Of a stretch of DNA of 64,000 bases, positions 55,635-64,000 are shown in pieces; position 1 is the first letter of the stretch; the number at the start of each line of letters is the position of its first letter. Source of the stretch: Eledone cirrhosa (taxonomy: Eukaryota); NCBI GenBank assembly GCA_964016885.1, contig OZ024745.1, positions 112,592,001 to 112,656,000 on the forward strand, read 5' to 3'. Both the position numbers and the translations under genes were made by a program. Below the pieces are notes generated by a model. That model was not told the DNA's origin. It searched no databases and saw only the letters and a list, made by a program, of their open reading frames with translations.

Positions 55635-57638
55635 GTGCTGCGGCGTTGCTAATGGGTTACATATGAATAAAGTTAGTCCTTCATCAGTGATCTTCCAACC
55701 ATCATTGGTATTTCATCGCTTTAAAGACCATATACCTCCGGTTGGTGCGAGCAACGGCTAAAAAAAGTCGTTGGGACACGTAAATAAAGGGGACAAGAGT
55801 GTAAACAACAAAAATGGTGAGCAACGAAAAGTGAGGAAGAAGAAGTCAAGTCCCAAATTTCTATGAATTTAAATTCGGTGAAATCGTGAACGATTTATAT
55901 ATATATATGATTGATTTATATACACAATACATCATATATTGAAATTAATAAATAACTGTAATATATTGTATGTTTTATTTTCTTTACATGCTAAAATGCT
56001 TGCTTTGCACCCAGTTAGAATGAAAAAAATATTATTTAGCGGAGTGTTTGAAGACTTCTTAACTGTAAATCGAAACCAGTACGCACAATTATTTGCACCC
56101 AGTTCAATAATAAACGCAAAAAAAAAACAAACACAGTAATTTTTTAAATACTTGAATTTTATATGATGATGGTCATATTTTAAATATTTGTGGTTTTTGT
56201 AGAGCATTAATAGCATAAGTGAAATGCCATCTAGGTGACAGATTCTATTGGCTCCCTCAGAAAAGCAAATATTAAACAAGTTTTCAAGAGTTGTCCCCCT
56301 TACCCTAAACAAGTAGTTTGTAGTAACCGCCTCTTTTAAGATAGTTTAAATGTTACTGATAATATTGATTTTCTAACATTGGTACAATATCACACATTTT
56401 TTTTAGGGGAGGTGGGTAGTGGCGCTGTTGGTCGTGGCTGTGGCAACAGTGGTCGTGTTAGTGGTGATGGTGGAGGTGGTGGTGAGGGAGGTGATCGGTA
56501 CCAGTGCTTTACACAACAATGACATTCTACTTCATAGCACCCCCTCCAACAGCAAAGAAATGAAAGAAAGTAAAATTATCTAATGCTGTTGTTGTTGTTT
56601 TTTCCTAGCCAAAAAGATCTATAACCAAAGGAATTCAGTCCATAATAATCCTAGTTTTTCTTAGAATATTTTATCCTCTGTATCCTATTTTGAGAGAGAT
56701 TTGGCTGCTATTTCTAGCAAGTCAAGCGACAACATGGATGTGTGTTCTGTCATTGGCTAATTCAATTTATTTCAAGTAAAGTTTAATAACACACAATTAT
56801 CTAAAAAAAATTATGTTTATAATTTGTCTCTGATTCAAATATACACATAGTCCTTAAAGATCTCTAGGGGATAATCCGTACGAAGATTATAACCTGTACG
56901 AAGAACTCTATATCTCTTACTTAGACTTAGAAGCTCCCGTATATTGTAACGCATGAGGTAACCAAAGTGTTCCAATGACCATGGCCAGTTGCATCTATTA
57001 ATATATCGTTCTAGCTTTTGTTGACGGGTTTCAGATCTCTGCCGATTGTCTGTCGCCAGTTCCTCTTGGCTTCTTTCCATGGGAGTACCAATACAGGACC
57101 TGATTAGCATGCCTCTGAGTTAGGAGTCGGGTGACGTGTCCCAACCAGCCAGGTCGATAATTTCACATGATGTTAGACACACGTCTCTTTATCATTATTT
57201 TAATGGGTAGGTTGACTGAATAATGAAAGCACCAAAAAAATGCTTTATGGTATTTGTGTCGGGGCTTAACATTTGGATTTCGAATCTGACCGAGATCAAC
57301 TTCACCATTCTGGAATCAATAAAATCGACTGGTAGGCAAATCTCTGCCAACATGATTGTTGTAGTAGAGACTACGTCCTAGCCTATCATAGGTCTTCTTG
57401 ATCGGGACTGACAGGAAGCTAAACAACAACTACAACTCACACACACACATACACACACGCAAACTGACTCACACATACACACACGCAAACTGACTGACAC
57501 ACACGCAAACTGACTGACACACACACACACACACAATCTGTAGATCAATTTTTTAAAAAAGGTAGTTAATAATTCTTTCTACTTTTGGCACAAGGCCAGC
57601 AATTACCCAGTACATTACTGGTACTTTATTTTATCGAC

Positions 57639-58841
57639 TTAGGAGGAGTTGTGTGCCGACCGTTTTAGTAGACAGACAGATAACTTCAGTTTTATATATA
57701 TATATATAGATTACTAGCAGAAGTACCCGGCGTTGCTCGGGTATTAAATAGCAGTTATGTATACCATTTATGTCAATACTTCTGTGCTGCTTCGAAAACT
57801 ATACTTTTACAAAATCATCGGCTTTTTCCAAAATAGGCTTGTTTTCAAGTAAAGGGGTTTCCTGCCCCCATGGGTCCCCTACTCAATATGTGCCAATTCT
57901 GAGAGTTCACATTCATCTGTAGAACAAACGTAGCTCATGTGTCAAGTTTTATGAAAATTGGTTGCGAACTCCAGAAGTTATGACGTTTTTTTGCATTGCA
58001 CTGCAATGCTTCAGTCGACTCCAAGGAAGCGGTTAAAGGGGGTTATCTGCTGAGAGGCCCTATAATCAATATCTGGAAAAATGAAAGTGCCCATGACCAT
58101 CCGGAGTACATAAGTAACCTATGTCTTAAGTTTGGTGAAAATACTGTAGAAATGCATAGGGTTTACACACACACACGTGTGTGCGTATGTATATGTATGT
58201 GTATGTTCGTCGGCGCATACGTATGTACTGGCGTAAATCTTCACTATTTACTTTTACTATGTTAAGGCAAAGTTAAAATCCCGTCGAGGTTAACTTTGCC
58301 TTTCATCCTTACGGGGTCGATAAAATAAAGTACCAGTAATGTACTGAGTAATTGCTGGCATTGTGCCAAAAGTAGAAACAACTATTTTAATAACCTGTCA
58401 TTTTCGTTTACAATTTTATTTACATCATTCTTAAACTCCGGGGTTGGAAATCATTCGGTTATTTTAAATAGAATATTAAGCTAACGACTCCATTTACACC
58501 ATAAACTTGGTCTTGTCTTTGCATGAAATTGTTCTTCTCGGTCCACCGCGTCGTTTATACGTAACATAAATAGATAAGCAAATGACGCCATAAAAGGGAA
58601 ATAACTCGTCTCTCATCTCTATTTATACATTTGAACTGAAAAATCAATACATTACAAATTCGATTTTTGCACTTGGCGTGGGTCGAATTGAACATTTTTT
58701 TTACCGATGTCTCCACCGGACATTCATCTATAAGTGTAGCAATTTCACCGAAATTTGAACGTACGGTTTAGGAGGAGAAGTGTGCCGACGGTTTTAGTAG
58801 ACAGACAGCAGACAGACAACCTCAGTTTTATGTATATAGAT
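57639..58841 (-). mobile_element. Helitron-like element with head-to-tail junction, interleaved with SINE pieces
   Basis: 57639-57711 duplicates 58768-58841 (5' end) and abuts a 3' end tactagcagaagtacccggcgttgctcggg at 57712. Confidence 0.6.
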
Positions 58842-59019
58842 TTAATTATCCCCCCCCCCTCCCGCCACCTTTCGTTGTCAATACGTCCCTTTATGGTTTT
58901 ATTTTTATCTTTATCTTTATTTTTATTATATATATATATTATATATATATATATATAAATATAATATATAATATATATTATATATATATATATATATATA
59001 ATATATATATACAATATAT

Positions 59020-59051
<32 letters not shown>

Positions 59052-59401
59052 ATATATATTATATATATATATAATATATATATATAATTTATATTATATA
59101 ATATATATATAATATATATATAATATATATATAATATATATAATATATATATAATATATATATAATATATATATAATATATATATATATAAAATATATAT
59201 AATATGTATATATAATATATATATAATATATATATAATATATAATATATATTATATATATATATTATATATGTATATATTATATGTATATATTATATATA
59301 TATATATATATTATATGTATATATTATATATATATATATTACATATATATATATATATTATATATATATATATTATATATATATATATATTATATATATA
59401 T

Positions 59402-59737
59402 CATCATTTCATTTTACGTCCGCTTTTCCCTGCTTGCAAGGGTGGGACGGGAACTGATTCTGGCTTGATTTCTACAGCTGGATGCCCTTCCTAACACCAA
59501 CCTCATTTACAGTGAGTGCTGGGTGCTTTTTTGCCGTGGCACCTACACGACCACTTTGCAGTGGAATGATAGGGACCTCAGTCCCTATCATCTCATTTCT
59601 ACAGCTGAGTAAACTGGAGCAATTTGAAATAAAGTGTCTTGCTCAAGGAAACAACACACCACCCGGTCTGAGAATTGAACTCACAACCTTTCGATTGCAA
59701 GGCCAATGCTCTAACCACTAAGCCATGTGCCTCCATA
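59402..59737 (-). mobile_element. tRNA-headed SINE of another family
   Basis: On the - strand: tggcttagtggttagagc (A box), gagttcaattc (B box), ccttgagcaagacactt (central domain), ggaagggcatccagctgt (LINE-type tail). Confidence 0.75.
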
Positions 59738-59790
59738 TATAATATATATATTATATATATACATATAATATATATATTATACATATATAT

Positions 59791-60229
59791 TCTCGTGTAG
59801 CACCCATCCACCATCTCAGTGAGTTTCTTGGTCAGTGTCCAAGTCTCAGACCCGTACAGCAGCACAGACTCCACTACAGCAATGAAGAGGCGGATTTTCA
59901 GGTAGAGGATGGCTCTGAACATTAATCAGTATAAACTGAGGATGAAAAACTCAGAGCTGTATGGGAGCCTCCCAAAAGTCAACTCAAAAGTGACACAGAG
60001 GAGACTGAGGTTAGCTGGACATGCTCACCGACATCCAGAGTTGACATTGCACTCAGAGCTCCTGTGGGAGCCCTTACGTGGACACACTGGAAGAGGAAAA
60101 CCAAGGTTAACGTATGTTGATGCCCTCAGGACAGACACCGGTCTGTTGGAGACGCAAGACATGGCAGCGATAATGAGGGACAGAGACCGCTGGAGAGAAC
60201 TCGTCCATGGATCTCGGGAATTTTACCCG

Positions 60230-60232
<3 letters not shown>
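59791..60232. mobile_element. RTE-clade LINE 3' fragment with 5' inversion
   Basis: - strand ESVLLYGSETWTLTK...DGCYTR; + strand continuation MALNI...RRLRLAGHAHRH...RGKPRLTYVD...DRDRWR. Confidence 0.88.
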
Positions 60233-60317
<85 letters not shown>

Positions 60318-60702
60318 TGTGTGTGTGTGTATGTGTGTGGAATTGGAAATGGCACGAAAAGTATATTTAAAGAACAGTTTGTTTATTTTCTTCTTTGCTT
60401 CGTCAAAGTGACATTATTGAAAAACTGAGAGGAACAATTTTAAAAAAAGGAGTTTTATAATGTATATAAAATATATAATATATACATATCATATATAAAA
60501 AATATATATCACTTGGAAAAATGAATTGTTTTGTTTATAACAGCTTAATTTAGGAAAAAGCTGAATTTAAGAAACTTATTTTACACATGTTGCATTTAAA
60601 ATTTGATAACTATTTTGTATGTTATCTGAAAATATCACGGTGTAGACTTGGGCTAACGTTACTTAGAAGAAATTATTGAAATTTAAAAAAAAATTATTTA
60701 TT

Positions 60703-61432
60703 TATAATTGTTTCTACTTTTGGCACAAGGCCAGCAATTACCCAGTGTAATACTGGCACTTTATTTTATCAACCCTGTAAGAATGAAACGCAAAGTTAAC
60801 CTCGGCGGGATTTGAACTCAGACCATAAAGGGCCGTAACTCTTTGCTGCAAAGCATGGCGTCCGACCCTCTACCGATACTGCCAATCAATGATTTCTAAT
60901 TTAGGCAAAAGGCAAACAATTTTAGGTGGAAGGGGAAAATGGATTACATCGACTCCAGTACTTGACTGGCACTTTATTTTATTAACCTCTGGCGGATGAA
61001 AGGCAAAGATGATCTCAGCGAGATTAGAACTCAAAACGTAATGAATCGTAACTAAATATCTCAAAGCATTTTGTCGACGCTCTAACAGTTCTGAAAATCC
61101 ATCCCCTCTCCATTTTTATCATAAAAATTGTTTCAAATTTGAACACAGACCGTAAAGGACCATAACTCTATGCTGCAAAGCATGACGTCAGACCCACTAC
61201 CGATACTGCCAATGGTTTCTGATTTAAGCACAAGGCCAACATTTTTTTGGGTGGGGGATGGGGGTCGATCAAATCGACGACAGTACATCGCTAGTACTTT
61301 ATTTTATCGACCCTGTAAAAGGACGAAAGGCAAAGCTAACCTCGGTGGGATTTGAACTCAAAACGTAAATGGCCGTAACTCTATACCACGGAGCATGTTG
61401 TCCAACGCTCTACCAATACTGCCAACCACCGG
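60703..61432 (-). mobile_element. Cluster of four SINE copies or fragments
   Basis: Family matches at ~60703-60886, 60888-61105, 61138-61213 and 61213-61432. Confidence 0.85.
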
Positions 61433-62189
61433 GCGTATTTTAAAGTAAGGAACTAAAATTACTTTCACCGCTTATTCGGTGTAATCTTAGCTACGTTTTA
61501 ATGATCAAACCTCATCGGATGGAAACAGAAGAATCGACAGTATATTTATTATATACGCTGTTATATTGTTTTTTCGCGGTCTGTGTTATCGCGCCACCAA
61601 CTGAATTAGTGTCAGCGGGACTCTCAATTCAAAATGTGTTTTCAAACTATTTAGACAGTCAAGACCTCCATTTTATACTCTACCATCAACGTAGGACATC
61701 AATAACTTTAGTAATTCATTCTCTCTTACCACTCGGTAAGATATTTTTATTCTTTTTACTTTTTCTACATTAATTTCCATTCACAAGAATACGGAAACTA
61801 ATGTCAATTTAGATTTTAAGAAGCATAATTTTGTTTTGTTTTGGTCTTTCGATTTACTGGTAGATAAAAATTGTCTCGGTAAACTTTCATTTGAGGTGTC
61901 ATGAAAGTGAACGTATATAATCAATAATATTCGATGACAATAGGCAATAAAATGAAATTGGAAGGTTTATCTTTGAATTTAAAATTCAAATGATTTATTT
62001 GTAAATGTTTAAAATATGAAAGAAAATGATTATAGTCGATTTCAATGAAAGTAAAATGAATGTCTAATTTGGCAGTTGTTGAATTGTCAACAATCAGTTA
62101 TAATGGACAAAACACTTCGATTCAGGCTAAACAAAAGAACACGCCTACGGCTGTGTAGTTTACCAACACTATACCTAATGACGCCCTCG

Positions 62190-62778
62190 ATAACTACTAC
62201 ATGTTTCTCTGAAATGGTTATATCAGTCTTCTTGCGTTTGAGATTGTTGTCTCAGGTTGTTGTTCATCTGATCGAAAGCTGTACATAGCTATGGTGCGTC
62301 CACACTTAGAATTTGTATCACCAGTCTGGAACCCCTATCTTGCGCAGAATGTTGATCTGGAAACTGTTCAGAGACGTGCAACCAAACGATTACCCCCCAT
62401 TAGGCATCTACCATACTCTGAACGCCTTGCTTCCCTGGGCATGGATACATTAAAGCTCCGACGCCCAATTATTAACCATCTTTCCAACAACTCTGATCAC
62501 GTTTTTGAATTCCATGTGTCTAACACCCCTTGACATGTTTACAAAATCAGAAAACAGTACAGCTCCCATGACTTTCGGAAACATTGAGTTGCTGAAGCAT
62601 GGAACAGACTACCTGCATCAGTTGTTAGCTGTCGGGACACTGCATCTTTCAAAACTTCCATGCTCCCCAAAATTCGCCAATGCTACACCTGATATCCCCC
62701 CTCCATATACACGCATGCATCTCTGTGTGTATATCATGACTCATACACTCTTCACTTTCCTGACATTTGTACATTATT
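62190..62778 (+). mobile_element. CR1/L2-group LINE 3' fragment
   Basis: MVRPHLEFVSPVWNPY...LETVQRRATK...YSERLASLGMDTLKLRR. Confidence 0.85.
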
Positions 62779-62780
62779 CA

Positions 62781-64000
62781 TGGATTGGCAGTATCGGTAG
62801 AGGGTCGGACACCATGCTTTGACGCACAGAGTTACGGCCCTTGCCATTCTGAGTTCAAATCCCGCCGCGGTTAACTTTGCCTTTCATCCTTACGGGATCG
62901 ATAAAATAAAGTACCAGTAATGCACTGGGTATTTGCTGGCCTTGTGCCTAAAGTAGAAACAGTTATTCTATGCACTATGCATGCACCTGAGTACTGTACA
63001 CAATAATAATTGTTTCTACTTTTGGCACAAGGCCAGCAATTACCCAGTGCATTACTGGTACTTTATTTTATCGACCCCGTAAGGATGAAAGGCAAAGTCA
63101 ACCTCGGCGGGATTTGAACTCAGATCGTAAAGGGACGTAACTATGCTGGAAAGCATGACGTCCGACCCTCTACCGATACTGCCAATCCACCGCCCTTGTA
63201 CACAATAATAATAATTATTATTAGTGATCATTTTCCACGAGGAGGTCGTCAAACTTGGGTCCTAGTTGTACCAGTAAACTATTGCTCAGTATCGGAACCA
63301 ACATTCTCCATGACAGCAGCTTGTTTGCAGACACTTGCCGCCCACCAATAAACAAGGCAAGGAAGTAGGATATGAGACTCAGTGTTAAAAAAAAAAAATC
63401 TTATCTATTTCTTCAACATATAAACAATTTATAAATAAACATTGTTTCATTAATAGCCGAGTTTGGATTGGCAATATCGGTAAAATGGCGAACATGCTTT
63501 TAGACATATAGTTACGTCCCTTTACGTTTTGAGTTCAAATCCCGCCACTTTGCCTTTCATCCTTACAGAATCAATAAAATAAAATACCAGTAATGCACTG
63601 GGCTCGATTTAATCGACTCCTCCCACCCAAAACAAACTATTGTTGGCCTTGTGCTTAAATCAGAAACCATTAATAGCCGAGTTTTAGTCATTACTGATGG
63701 TTCTTCTTCTGTCACCTTCTTGCTACAAATGAAAGATTAATGTTTGTGTCCAGTTTACAACTCTATATCTCACTATATGTAATGTATGCATGATATAGCC
63801 AATAACAGCAGTCTAATAATTGTTTCTACTTTAGGCACAAGGCCAGCAATTACCCAGTGGATTACTGGTACTTTATTTTATCGACCCCGTAAAGATGAAA
63901 GGCAAAGTTAACCTCGGCGGGATTTGAACTCAGACTGTAAAGGGACGTAACTATGCTAGAAAGCATGGCGTCCAACCCTCTACTGATACTGCCAATTCGC
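62781..64000. mobile_element. Four SINE copies (62781-62967 +, 63003-63195 -, 63464-63675 +, 63814-64000 -)
   Basis: Family matches; TSD tgtacacaataataat at 62995-63010 and 63197-63212. Confidence 0.88.

Noticed and set aside
55670-55695. Minus-strand CTGATGA (also at ~45863 -, and ~48774 +)
   Set aside because: No correctly placed stem II, GAAA and UH with stem I pairing.

Overview
AT-rich, microsatellite-saturated, non-coding eukaryotic DNA. The SINE families and repeat landscape resemble an octopus/cephalopod genome (inference). No intact host gene is supported, and almost all long ORFs are microsatellite artefacts. Recognisable content: over 20 copies of one tRNA-headed SINE (several with long TSDs); decayed non-LTR retrotransposons (a GC-rich CRE-clade RT-RLE element at ~27.4-29.6 kb, two R4/Dong-like families in (TACA)n tracts, RTE, CR1/L2, L1/Tx1 and Penelope remnants); a ~600-bp internally deleted RTE-derived element; Helitron-like ends; MITEs; and a degenerate (CCCTAA)n array. 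The main finding is at 32.8-36.0 kb, a run of large fold-back inverted repeats. Two contain minimal type-I hammerhead ribozyme motifs, one with a complete consensus core (35444-35488) and one mutated (33220-33262). The two units differ in sequence but share the same ordered set of hairpins, suggesting a retrozyme-like or Penelope-pLTR-like non-coding RNA element family. All coordinates were read by eye and no folding or database search was run.
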